Part shown: piece by piece, positions 29,672-38,306 of the stretch | How the letters are laid out: every line of letters begins with the position of its first letter | How positions within the stretch are numbered: the stretch's first letter is position 1 | NCBI GenBank assembly: GCA_964519305.1 | Contig: CAZFHY010000001.1 | Location: 314,132 to 378,131 of the forward strand | Direction of reading: 5' to 3' | Origin: Candidatus Undinarchaeota archaeon | Lineage (GTDB): Archaea > SpSt-1190 > JASMDC01 | DNA: 64,000 nucleotides | Notes under the pieces: generated by a model | Told to the model about the DNA's origin: nothing | The model's input: only the letters and a program-made list of their open reading frames with translations | Databases searched by the model: none | Position numbers and translations under genes: made by a program

Positions 29672-31108
29672 TCACCTTGGGAAGCCTTTCCAGGTCTTGG
29701 GATCGGCCAGGACCAGGAGCGGCAGGATCTCAAGTCTACCTGCGAGCATACCAAATATATAGGTTAGCTTGACGGCGGCGTGGAGCTGCGTGCCCGCGGG
29801 CACGTACCAAGGTCCGATGTTGCCCAGAGCGGAGAACATCCCGCTAGCAGCCTCGAAGGGCCCCATGTCCCCGTGAAACACCAGGGTGACCAGCGTACCG
29901 GCGAGCAACAGCGCAAGGTAGAGCACGAACATCCCGGCTATGCGGGTGAGCGCGGACTCAGGTACGGGCTTATTGGCCACGACCACGGGCGCTACCGCCC
30001 GTCGGGGGATGCGCAGACGGTAGAGCTCGCGCCGGGCGAGCTTGAGCAGGAGGACGAACCGGGCCACCTTGAGCCCGCCGCCGGTGGAGCCGACGCAACC
30101 GCCGATGACCATGAGCACGAGGAACACCACCCGCGACACGGCCGGGAACGCCCCGATGTCCCGGGTGCCGAACCCCGTCGTAGTGAGAACCGACACGACC
30201 TGGAAGGCAGCGTCAGAGGCCTCTGTACCGGTGGGCGCTGTATGCCAGCGCAGGTCGCTCCATACAAGGAGCGTGGTGAGCACGATGATGAGGGCATAGG
30301 CCTTCAGCTCGTAATTGCTCAGGGCCCTGCGCAGGTCCTTGGTGAGCGCCAGGTGGACAAGGGCGAAGTTCACACCGCCCAGTGCCATGAAGAGGATGAC
30401 GGCCGGCGCCACGGCGGCCGGGTATGCGGCGATGCTCGCTGCCCGGGTCGAGTAGCCGCCGGTGGAGAGGCAAGTCAGCGCGTGGGCCAGGGCGTCGAAG
30501 GGGTCCATCCCCAGCGCTATGAAGGTGACCGCTGCTGCCACAGTGAGCCCCACATACACCCGCCAGAGCCCCTGGATCGACGAGATAAGTCCGGGGCGCA
30601 GACGTCCGGCCTCCACCTTGTGCGTCTCGGCTGCAAAGAGCTGGAACGCCGCCGATGAACCCGGGACCACCACCGCCAGGAAGAAGGTAAGGATCCCAAG
30701 CCCACCCAGCCACTGGGTGAGCGCCCGCCACAGCAGGAGACTTTCGGGAAGGGTGGCGGGATCGGAGACCATGGTGATGCCCGTGGTCGTGAATCCCGAG
30801 ACTGCCTCGAAGTACGCGTCCAGAGGGGCCATGTGCCCGACCAGGTAGAACGGGAGCGCGCCAATACCGGACACCACCACCCACGACAGGGTGCACACGG
30901 CCATGGCCTCCTGGACCGTGGGGGCCTTGATCCCCAGGGGCCGGGAGGCGGTCCAGCACAGCAGTGCCAGGACGGCCGCTACGAGGTGCGCCGAGACGGT
31001 GTACCAGGGCTCGCCCGCCGCCGCCCCCATCAGGGCTGGGATGAGGAGCGTGGCCCCGACGATGCGCAGCACGGCACCCAGATAGGCCGCGATGACGCGC
31101 GCACGCAT
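29672..31108 (-). CDS. trkH: TrkH potassium uptake permease
   Basis: FEAVSGFTTTG, QWLGGLGI, STGGYS, TTTGFG, GSTGGGLK, GNIGP, GRLEI. Confidence 0.92.
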   Translation of the reverse strand: MRARVIAAYLGAVLRIVGATLLIPALMGAAAGEPWYTVSAHLVAAVLALLCWTASRPLGIKAPTVQEAMAVCTLSWVVVSGIGALPFYLVGHMAPLDAYFEAVSGFTTTGITMVSDPATLPESLLLWRALTQWLGGLGILTFFLAVVVPGSSAAFQLFAAETHKVEAGRLRPGLISSIQGLWRVYVGLTVAAAVTFIALGMDPFDALAHALTCLSTGGYSTRAASIAAYPAAVAPAVILFMALGGVNFALVHLALTKDLRRALSNYELKAYALIIVLTTLLVWSDLRWHTAPTGTEASDAAFQVVSVLTTTGFGTRDIGAFPAVSRVVFLVLMVIGGCVGSTGGGLKVARFVLLLKLARRELYRLRIPRRAVAPVVVANKPVPESALTRIAGMFVLYLALLLAGTLVTLVFHGDMGPFEAASGMFSALGNIGPWYVPAGTQLHAAVKLTYIFGMLAGRLEILPLLVLADPKTWKGFPR

Positions 31109-31177
31109 GGCACCCACCACGAGCGTTTCCTTTATATCAATTGCCAGCGACAAGAGGATACAGCGGGGAGGGTTTCG

Positions 31178-31885
31178 TTGAACTTCAAGGTCATGGGAGG
31201 GTTCATCCCCATACTCGAGGCTACCCTCGAGGTCGGGGAATCCGTCTACTGCGAGGGCGGGGCCATGATCTACAAGGACCACGACATGGAGTTCGAGGCC
31301 AGCATGAAGGGCCTGTTCGGCCGCGCCGCCTCGGGCGAGACCGCGTCCCTCAACCTCTACACGGGCCCCGGTACCTTGGGGATGTCCAAGTCATCGCCCG
31401 GTGATGTGCGTTACGTCACCCTCGAGGGCGGTCAGAAGCTGGACGTGAGCAAGGCCGCCTTCCTCGCGGCCGAGAACACCGTCAACCTCTCCATCGAGTT
31501 CGTCACCGAGCTCCTGGGCGGCGGGCTCATCAACAAGATACTGATCGGGCTGTCAGGCACGGGGCTGATACTCGAGAAGGTCATCGGCCCCGGTAACGTG
31601 TTCATCCACGTCCCCGGCGACTGTGTCATCAAGTACCTCCAACCAGGCGAGAAGCTCAAGCTTGACGAGAAGCACTTCCTGTTCAAGGACAGCTCTGTGG
31701 CCGTTAACCTGCGCAAGATAGGTGACGGGATATTCGACACCCTGAAGAAGGGCATTTTCGGCGGAGAGGGCTTCTTCCTCTTCGAGCTGGAGGGGCCCGG
31801 CTACGTGGGCATCCACTCCATCCAGAGCGTGTTCATCATGGGCCGGCCCATCCCCTATTCGCGGGCCAGGAGGCTGAGGCTGTGA
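31178..31885 (+). CDS. AIM24-family protein 1
   Basis: CEGGAM, GPG, FGGEG; TTG start inferred from paralog alignment. Confidence 0.8.
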   Translation: MNFKVMGGFIPILEATLEVGESVYCEGGAMIYKDHDMEFEASMKGLFGRAASGETASLNLYTGPGTLGMSKSSPGDVRYVTLEGGQKLDVSKAAFLAAENTVNLSIEFVTELLGGGLINKILIGLSGTGLILEKVIGPGNVFIHVPGDCVIKYLQPGEKLKLDEKHFLFKDSSVAVNLRKIGDGIFDTLKKGIFGGEGFFLFELEGPGYVGIHSIQSVFIMGRPIPYSRARRLRL

Positions 31886-32514
31886 ACATCCGAAAGATCG
31901 GCGGGTACACGCCCATCCTCGAGGTCCAGCTCAACGAAGGCGAGTCCATCATGTGCGAGGCGGGGGCCATGATCTATGCGTCGTCCTCCACTCACATGGA
32001 GAGCCTGGTCGGCGGTCTTTTCAACGCGATCAAGAAGTGGCTGACGGGCGAGACGATCGCCGTGAACAGGTACACCGGACCGGGTGTCATCGGTCTCTCG
32101 GCCTCGTCCCCCGGGATGATCAAGGAGATCGACCTGGGGCCGGGACAGTCCGTCGACGTGTGCAAGGGCGCGTTCATGGCCGGCGACGTCACCCTCTCCT
32201 ACGGCATCGAGCGTGTGTGGAAGGGCATCCTACCCTGGAAGTTCCTGTTCGGCGGCCAGGGTTTCTTCTATCAGAAGCTCACAGGACCCGGCAGGGTCTT
32301 CATCGTGGTCAAGGGGGACCTTGTCGAGGCCACCTTGGCCCAAGGACAGAAGATGGACCTCGACCAGGGATACATGGCCTACAAGGACCCGTCTGTCGAG
32401 GTCGACCTCACGAGGATCAAGGGATTGCGTAAAGTGTTCATCGGGGGCGAGGGGCTCTTCCTCCTCACATGCACGGGCCCTGGCAAGGTGGGCATCCAGA
32501 GCACGGGGTGGTGA
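31882..32514 (+). CDS. AIM24-family protein 2
   Basis: CEAGAM, FGGQGFF, GGEGLF, GPGKVGIQS. Confidence 0.85.
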   Translation: MNIRKIGGYTPILEVQLNEGESIMCEAGAMIYASSSTHMESLVGGLFNAIKKWLTGETIAVNRYTGPGVIGLSASSPGMIKEIDLGPGQSVDVCKGAFMAGDVTLSYGIERVWKGILPWKFLFGGQGFFYQKLTGPGRVFIVVKGDLVEATLAQGQKMDLDQGYMAYKDPSVEVDLTRIKGLRKVFIGGEGLFLLTCTGPGKVGIQSTGW

Positions 32515-32518
32515 TGGG

Positions 32519-33151
32519 ATGCAGACACGTATCATAGGGCATTTCGCACCGGTGATGGAGATCGACCTCTACCAGGGCGAGACCATCGTGTGCGAGCGCG
32601 GTGCCATGTTGTACGAGACGCCGGACATCCACTCAGACGCCGTGCTTGGTATGGGATTCTTCTCCCGTCTGTTCACCGGCGAGTCCGCTGCTCTGGACAA
32701 GTACGAGGGTCCCGGAACCGTAGGAATCGCTGCGGGCAAGCCCGGGATGATCAAGGAGCTCGACCTCCAGCCCGGCCAGGCCATCGACATCGCCCACTCG
32801 GGTTTCCTTGCCATGGAGCCCACGGTACAGTTCTCTATCTCACTTGCGTCCCACAACCTCGTCAAGCTCATAGGCATGGCCAGCTTCGCCCGGGACAACC
32901 TCATCTTCCAGAACCTGACGGGACCGGGAAAGGTGTTCATGCACGTCCACGGGGACTACGTCATTACGTATCTTGAGCAGGGCCAGACCATGATGATCGA
33001 TCAGGGCTATCTAGTGTTCAAGGACCACAGCGTCGAGCTGGAGCTGGTCCGCGTCCACGGCATCGAGAACATCCTCATCGGGGGCGAGGGGCTATTCCTG
33101 CTACAGGTCTCAGGACCGGGGTACGTGGGCATACAGTCGATGAGGGGGTGA
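32519..33151 (+). CDS. AIM24-family protein 3
   Basis: CERGAM, FTGES, GGEGLF, GPGYVGIQS. Confidence 0.85.
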   Translation: MQTRIIGHFAPVMEIDLYQGETIVCERGAMLYETPDIHSDAVLGMGFFSRLFTGESAALDKYEGPGTVGIAAGKPGMIKELDLQPGQAIDIAHSGFLAMEPTVQFSISLASHNLVKLIGMASFARDNLIFQNLTGPGKVFMHVHGDYVITYLEQGQTMMIDQGYLVFKDHSVELELVRVHGIENILIGGEGLFLLQVSGPGYVGIQSMRG

Positions 33152-33486
33152 ACAAGGACATGGTGTTGTACACACAGGGCGAGCCGGGAGGGACGTACGA
33201 GCTACATCAGCCTGAGTACGACGGGTTCCGGTCCGTGGAGGAGTACACACAGATGCCGGGACTACCTGCATCGGACTCGTTCACCGTGCCCGGGTTCGTG
33301 CTCAACTACTACATAATCGTATACTTCTTGGGGATGCACCTCCACAAGATCACACGCATATTCTACAGGACGAAGGCAGGTCCGATCGCCGCCGGACTGG
33401 AGTTTGTGGTCGTTTTCGGGCTCGCCCTCCTGCCGCTCTGGCTGCCATTGGCGCTCGTCTACCTAGTGTTCGTGATGGGCATATAG
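33148..33486 (+). CDS. Small membrane protein, last gene of the AIM24 operon
   Basis: GTGA overlap; two hydrophobic segments. Confidence 0.6.
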   Translation: MNKDMVLYTQGEPGGTYELHQPEYDGFRSVEEYTQMPGLPASDSFTVPGFVLNYYIIVYFLGMHLHKITRIFYRTKAGPIAAGLEFVVVFGLALLPLWLPLALVYLVFVMGI

Positions 33487-33609
33487 TCGCGGTCCCACTG
33501 GCGGGAGTACTTGAGATTCTACCGGCCTAAGTGCTCATCACGATTGTGATAACTATCGTTATATACCTGGGGCGCCTATTATTCTAGTAGCGCGAGAAGT
33601 TAGAGGTGC

Positions 33610-34203
33610 GTGAGCTTGAAATCGAGATATTTAATTCTAGGATTAGTGCTGTTGACGGTCCTGGGCGTCGTCCTTGCGTCCGGTCAGTCATTCTGGACAG
33701 AGGACTGGGGTTCAGGCCAGGACAACGGTCTGAGGCTCCTCATCGTTGAGGAGGATGCTGTGGAGGAAGAGGTCGCCCCGGAAGAGGAGGCGGTCGTCGA
33801 TGGACCACAGCTGGTGCTCGTTGAGAAACCTAAAGAAGAGGTAGTGGACGAGCCACCTGCAACGGTCACCCCTGCTGTCCTTCTGGATACGCCCATGAGC
33901 TTCCGTGATGATGGTGTCGTCAAGGCACCGACGACCATACCCGATGGACGAATCATCGCTACGTTCCCTGCAGGACAGTACATCATCGTCAAGCTCGAGG
34001 ACGAGGAGGGGATCATGTGGGTTGTCCTTCTGGACAGATGGACCAAGGAGGTCATCAAGTCATTCCAAGTGGAAGGCAAGTTCGGTAAGAACAGCCCCCA
34101 CCACGGTCGTTGGGGCCACCCCTGCGGCAGAAAGCGCAGGTTCCATCATGGATGTCGGAAGAGGCGCGGATTCCATCAAGGATGCATGAAAAAAGCCGCC
34201 TGA
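33610..34203 (+). CDS. Signal/anchor-bearing hypothetical protein with basic Cys/His C-terminal repeat
   Basis: N-terminal KSRY plus hydrophobic stretch; tail CGRKRRFHHGCRKRRGFHQGC. Confidence 0.6.
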   Translation: MSLKSRYLILGLVLLTVLGVVLASGQSFWTEDWGSGQDNGLRLLIVEEDAVEEEVAPEEEAVVDGPQLVLVEKPKEEVVDEPPATVTPAVLLDTPMSFRDDGVVKAPTTIPDGRIIATFPAGQYIIVKLEDEEGIMWVVLLDRWTKEVIKSFQVEGKFGKNSPHHGRWGHPCGRKRRFHHGCRKRRGFHQGCMKKAA

Positions 34204-34205
34204 AG

Positions 34206-34541
34206 CTACCTTGACTCTTTCCATGCACGCCCGCAGCGCAGACACTTGTAGAACTGTGTCGGCGGCTCGTCGGGGCGCCGGGTCTGTAGCTGCCAGGTCA
34301 TCACGCCGACACGACCGCAGTTACGGCAGCGGACCTTGAGCGTGCCCATTTTCTTAGCCATCTCCTCAACGTCGATGACTGCGATATCCTTATCCCGGTC
34401 GTCAGGGGTCGTGCGCTCCTCCATCTCCTTCCCGCACTTCTCGCAGCGCATTTTCCTGACGTCGCCGAACCCCACGAGCAGCAGATCACCTCCGCAGTCC
34501 GGACAGGTGCCGGCCTTCAGGAGCTTGGGGCGGACGGGCAT
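34206..34541 (-). CDS. tfs: Transcription factor S (TFS / RpoM-like)
   Basis: Two Zn ribbons (CPDC-CEKC; CRNC-CLRC) and QTRRPDEPPTQFYKC with the catalytic DE intact. Confidence 0.85.
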   Translation of the reverse strand: MPVRPKLLKAGTCPDCGGDLLLVGFGDVRKMRCEKCGKEMEERTTPDDRDKDIAVIDVEEMAKKMGTLKVRCRNCGRVGVMTWQLQTRRPDEPPTQFYKCLRCGRAWKESR

Positions 34542-34616
34542 CGTCGGTGTATGAAGAAGGGAGGTTTATGAGGATTTCGGACTCGAAGCACTGCCCTCTC
34601 GGTCACGGATAGCATC

Positions 34617-34627
34617 GGAAAGAAAGG
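34617..34627 (-). terminator. Pyrimidine tract just after the last repeat unit
   Basis: Minus strand CCTTTCTTTCC a few nt after the closing stem of the final helix. Confidence 0.4.
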
Positions 34628-35425
34628 TTGGGACACAGGGGCGCCTTCCGCGGTACTGTTGCCAGCACCACTTCGGGCGTCCCTGTTGCGGACCCTCCCC
34701 GCCCGCGACCGGAGCCGCGTTCGGTTCTTGACCGCTCCGCCCCGCGACGCCGAAACGCCGCCGGTCGGCCCTGCCGGGCCTCGGGAGCGGGGATGCGCAC
34801 CCGGACGCCGTTTCCGGCACCCTTTGGGCATCCTCGCCGCGGCCTCCCGTTCCCCGGAACGTACGCCCCGGTTCTATTCAGGCCGCGCCGCTGTACCTTC
34901 GCTTCCACGCTGATCCAACGACCCACCGGGTCCCCGATACGCGACACGTCCTCCCGGACACCGTTGCCGGCACCCCTTCGGACACGCCCCGCCACGGCCC
35001 ACCCTTCCCCGCGGCTTGCGCCACGGAGCACCGGGCCGCACCGCCCGCCCGACGCCGAAGCGCCGACCGACCGGACCGGAGCCGGTACCAGGCACACCCT
35101 CCCAAGCACCGTTGCCGGCACCCTTTCAGGCATCCCTCGCCGCGACCGTCGCACCTCCACGGCTTGCGCCGCAGCGGTTGTCGGCCGCACCCCCCGCCAG
35201 CGCCGAAGCGCCGCCGAGCGGCCCGGGACCGGTGCCAGACACACCATCCCAAGCGCCGTTGCCAGCGCCCTTTCAGGCATCCCTTGCAGCGACATCAGCG
35301 CCCGTCAGCTTGCGCGTCAGGGCCCCTCTGTCGCACCGCCCAACCGACGCCGAAGCGTCACCGGACGGCCCGCGACCCCTGCCCGGTTCGCCCCGGAGGG
35401 CGCCTTGACAAAGGCCGGACCCCTC
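34620..35425 (-). ncRNA. Candidate large structured ncRNA made of five ~150-nt three-helix units
   Basis: Repeated hairpins with GCAA/GAAA and UUCG/UCCG tetraloops; stem changes between copies keep pairing on the minus strand; own promoter; unit spacing 152/153/148/147 nt. Confidence 0.75.
34634..35375. repeat. Degenerate tandem repeat, 5 copies, period 147-153 nt
   Basis: Core like CCGTTGCCGGCACCC in 20-mers at 34651, 34803, 34956, 35104, 35251; core like GACGCCGAAGCGCC at 34746, 35051, 35199, 35346. Confidence 0.9.
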
Positions 35426-35437
35426 GCTATAGTAGTA

Positions 35438-35454
35438 GGAAGTTTAAACCTTCC
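35438..35454. promoter_or_regulatory. Near-palindromic BRE/TATA element, possibly bidirectional (ncRNA and mutSL)
   Basis: GGAAGTTTAAACCTTCC; minus strand reads GGAAGGTTTAAA, matching promoters near 24261, 26460, 61786 and 63074. Confidence 0.65.
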
Positions 35455-35648
35455 GGATTAAGTGCGCGACGCCACTGCAGGGTGGGTCCGACACGATGTC
35501 AGCGTGGGTGGTGGCGCACGGTAGGGATCTCGTCGGAGCACGGTCGCCAGACGGCTCGGCCTGCCCATCCACAGGACATAAAAGTCTACCTTCCTTCCTG
35601 ACGACGGGAGGGTGACGACTGGGTAAACCAAAGCAAAAGGAGACGCCC

Positions 35649-38306
35649 ATGACCCGGCAGTACCGGGAAATGAAGCGACAGTACCCTGACGCCGTGCTCT
35701 TCTTCCGGATGGGCGATTTCTTCGAGACCTTCGGTGAAGATGCTGTCAAGACCAGCAAGGCTCTCGACATCGTGCTCACCTCCCGCAACCGCGGTTCGCC
35801 CCAAGAGACCAAGCTCGCCGGGTTCCCCCACCACGCGCTGGACAACTACATCGGCCGGATGCTCAGGGCAGGACACAAGATCGCCGTTTGCGAGCAGCTC
35901 GAGGACCCCAAGAAGGCCAAGGGCCTGGTCAAACGGGGCGTGATCCGGGTCTACACGCCCGGTACGCTGATGGAGGGTTTCCTGCTTGACGAGAAGGAGA
36001 ACAACTTCCTGGCCGCCGTGTCCGCCGGTGGCGGTTCGTACGGTCTTGCTGTCATCGACATCTCGACCGGCGAGTTCATGGCCACCCAGTTCGACGGCGA
36101 CGATGCTGCAACCGAGCTCAACGCCGAGCTCGTCCGGCTCGGGCCTGCCGAGATCCTCGTCCCGGAGTGGCTGCGACAGGATGAGGGATTCGTCAGGCTG
36201 GTACGAGTGCAGTCCGTGATGCGTCTCTCGGACTTCCCCGACGCGCACTTCGCCTACGAGCGGGCGTACGACATAGTGCGCGATCACTTCGGCACGCTCA
36301 CTCTTGACGGGTTCGGGCTGGAGGACCGGCGTCTGGCCGTGTCATCGGCCGGAGCCGCGCTGGTGTACCTCCGGGAGACGTTCAAGGGCACCAGTGAGCA
36401 CATCCGCGTGCTCCACCCTTACTCGACCGACGACGTGCTCGTCATCGACGCCGTATCCTCCCGGAACCTGGAGCTGGTGCGCAGCATCCGCACGAACGAC
36501 ACCACGAACACGCTCCTCGAGGTTCTGGACCATTCCACGACACCCATGGGCGGCCGGCTACTACGCCGTTGGCTCCTGCGTCCTTTAACGGATGTGGCCG
36601 CCATCGACCGACGACTGGATGCCGTTGGCGAGCTCCTGGAACAGCAGCTGGTGCGCGACGACCTGCGTGACCTGCTCAGGGGTGTGTCCGACCTGGAGCG
36701 GCTCGCCACACGCATCGTGTCCGGTACCGCCAATGCACGGGACCTCGTCTCGCTACGCGACTCGTTGCTGACGCTCCCGCATATCCGGGAGCAGCTGGCC
36801 GAAAGGTCCGCGGCCATCCTTACCGAGGCCTCCGAGACCCTGCCCGACCTCGTCGACGTCGCCGAGCTGATCTCACGCGCCATCATCGAGTCTCCCCCTA
36901 CCGCCGTGCGGGAGGGGGGCATCATCCGCGAGGGCTTCGATACCGACCTGGACGAACTGCGTGCACTGTCGCGCTCGGGCAAGGACTGGATCGCCACCAT
37001 GCAGGAGACGGAGCGCAAGCGTACGGGCATCAGGTCGTTGCGCGTAGGTTTCAACAAGGTCTTCGGCTACTACATCGAGGTCACACGACCCAATCTAGAG
37101 CTCGTCCCCGACAACTACATCCGCAAGCAGACGCTGGCCAATGCCGAGCGGTTCATCACGGAAGAGCTCAAGGAGTACGAGTCCAAGGTGCTCACGGCCG
37201 AGGAGCGGTCGGTGGCCCTGGAGTACGAACTGTTCTGTCGGGTACGCTCCCAGGTCGCAGAGAGCGCGGCCGATGTACAGGACGCCGCGCAGGTGCTGGC
37301 CCGTATCGACGTGCTGGCGTGCCTCGCCCAGGTCGCCCACGACCGGGATTACAAGCGACCACAGGTGAACGATGGCGACCGCGTCCGCATCCTCGCCGGC
37401 CGCCACCCGGTGGTGGAGCGTACCATAGGTCGGGGCGGTTTCATCCCCAATGACACGACCCTGGACTGCGGCGAGAACCGGTTCATGCTCATCACCGGCC
37501 CCAATATGGCCGGCAAGTCCACTTACCTGCGTCAGGTGGCGCTCATCGTGCTCATGACGCAGATGGGCTCGTTCGTCCCGGTACTGGAGGCCGTCATCGG
37601 CGTAGTGGACCGGATATTCACACGCGTGGGAGCGCACGACGACCTGGCATCGGGTCAGTCGACGTTCATGGTCGAGATGAACGAGACGAGCAACATCCTT
37701 CATAACGCATCGTCGCGCAGCCTAGTCCTTTTGGACGAGATCGGTCGGGGGACGAGCACGTTCGATGGCCTGTCCATCGCCTGGGCGGTGACCGAGTACC
37801 TGCACTCCCACCCGGAGAAGGGGTGCAAGACGCTGTTCGCCACCCACTACCACCAGCTCACCGTGCTCGAGGACGAGCTGGCGGGGCTGCGTAACCTCTC
37901 CATCGCCATAAAGGACGACGGGGGCAGACTGGTGTTCCTGCGCAAGATGGTGGACGGGCCGGCGGACCGCTCCTACGGAATAGAGGTGGCCCAGCTGGCC
38001 GGATTCCCCGAGGATGTGCTGGACCGCGCCCGACAGGTGTTGGGGACGCTGGAGGACCCGGACCATCCCGGGAGCCAGGCCTTGGCCATCGGACCACTGG
38101 CGCGACCACCGCCCCGTGCACCACAGGTGCGGACAGAGGAGCCCGAGCCCCCGCCCAAGCAGGCGTCCCTGGTGGAGTTCACCGCGGGTGCCACGGTCCT
38201 CGACGAGCTGTCGGACCTCAACCTGAACGAGATGACCCCCGTCCAGGCGCTGAACAAGCTGGAGGAGCTCAAGCGTCGGGCACAAGGTGGTGACGATGAT
38301 GACTGA
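35649..38306 (+). CDS. mutS: DNA mismatch repair protein MutS (MutS1)
   Basis: FFRMGDFFETF, GPNMAGKST, STFMVEM, DEIGRGT, FATHYH, SYGIEVA; true start may be CTG 35619. Confidence 0.97.
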   Translation: MTRQYREMKRQYPDAVLFFRMGDFFETFGEDAVKTSKALDIVLTSRNRGSPQETKLAGFPHHALDNYIGRMLRAGHKIAVCEQLEDPKKAKGLVKRGVIRVYTPGTLMEGFLLDEKENNFLAAVSAGGGSYGLAVIDISTGEFMATQFDGDDAATELNAELVRLGPAEILVPEWLRQDEGFVRLVRVQSVMRLSDFPDAHFAYERAYDIVRDHFGTLTLDGFGLEDRRLAVSSAGAALVYLRETFKGTSEHIRVLHPYSTDDVLVIDAVSSRNLELVRSIRTNDTTNTLLEVLDHSTTPMGGRLLRRWLLRPLTDVAAIDRRLDAVGELLEQQLVRDDLRDLLRGVSDLERLATRIVSGTANARDLVSLRDSLLTLPHIREQLAERSAAILTEASETLPDLVDVAELISRAIIESPPTAVREGGIIREGFDTDLDELRALSRSGKDWIATMQETERKRTGIRSLRVGFNKVFGYYIEVTRPNLELVPDNYIRKQTLANAERFITEELKEYESKVLTAEERSVALEYELFCRVRSQVAESAADVQDAAQVLARIDVLACLAQVAHDRDYKRPQVNDGDRVRILAGRHPVVERTIGRGGFIPNDTTLDCGENRFMLITGPNMAGKSTYLRQVALIVLMTQMGSFVPVLEAVIGVVDRIFTRVGAHDDLASGQSTFMVEMNETSNILHNASSRSLVLLDEIGRGTSTFDGLSIAWAVTEYLHSHPEKGCKTLFATHYHQLTVLEDELAGLRNLSIAIKDDGGRLVFLRKMVDGPADRSYGIEVAQLAGFPEDVLDRARQVLGTLEDPDHPGSQALAIGPLARPPPRAPQVRTEEPEPPPKQASLVEFTAGATVLDELSDLNLNEMTPVQALNKLEELKRRAQGGDDDD

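Noticed and set aside
31178-33151. AIM24 triplication as a novel system
   Set aside because: Tandem AIM24 genes are a known, common arrangement.
34206-34541. Inhibitory TFS4-like paralog
   Set aside because: The catalytic Asp-Glu pair is retained (RRPDEP), consistent with an ordinary cleavage factor.
34634-35375. CRISPR array, replication origin (ORB), SRP RNA or RNase P RNA
   Set aside because: No identical short repeats with unique spacers and no cas operon; no cdc6 or AT-rich unwinding element; I could not find the SRP helix-8 or RNase P P4 consensus.
35405-35433. Bacterial sigma70-like TTGACA-17 nt-TATAGT
   Set aside because: The host is archaeal, and TTGACA falls about one repeat period after the last GTTGCCA core, so it is probably coincidence or a degenerate repeat remnant.
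34628-35461. Pro/Ala-rich ORFs across the repeat (APLPAPFQASLAAT twice, with apparently synonymous changes)
   Set aside because: Unit spacings of 152 and 148 nt and several single-base indels break the frame. The changes inside helix I are equally explained by minus-strand G-C/G-U pairing, which holds in all five copies. A decayed gene is not fully excluded.
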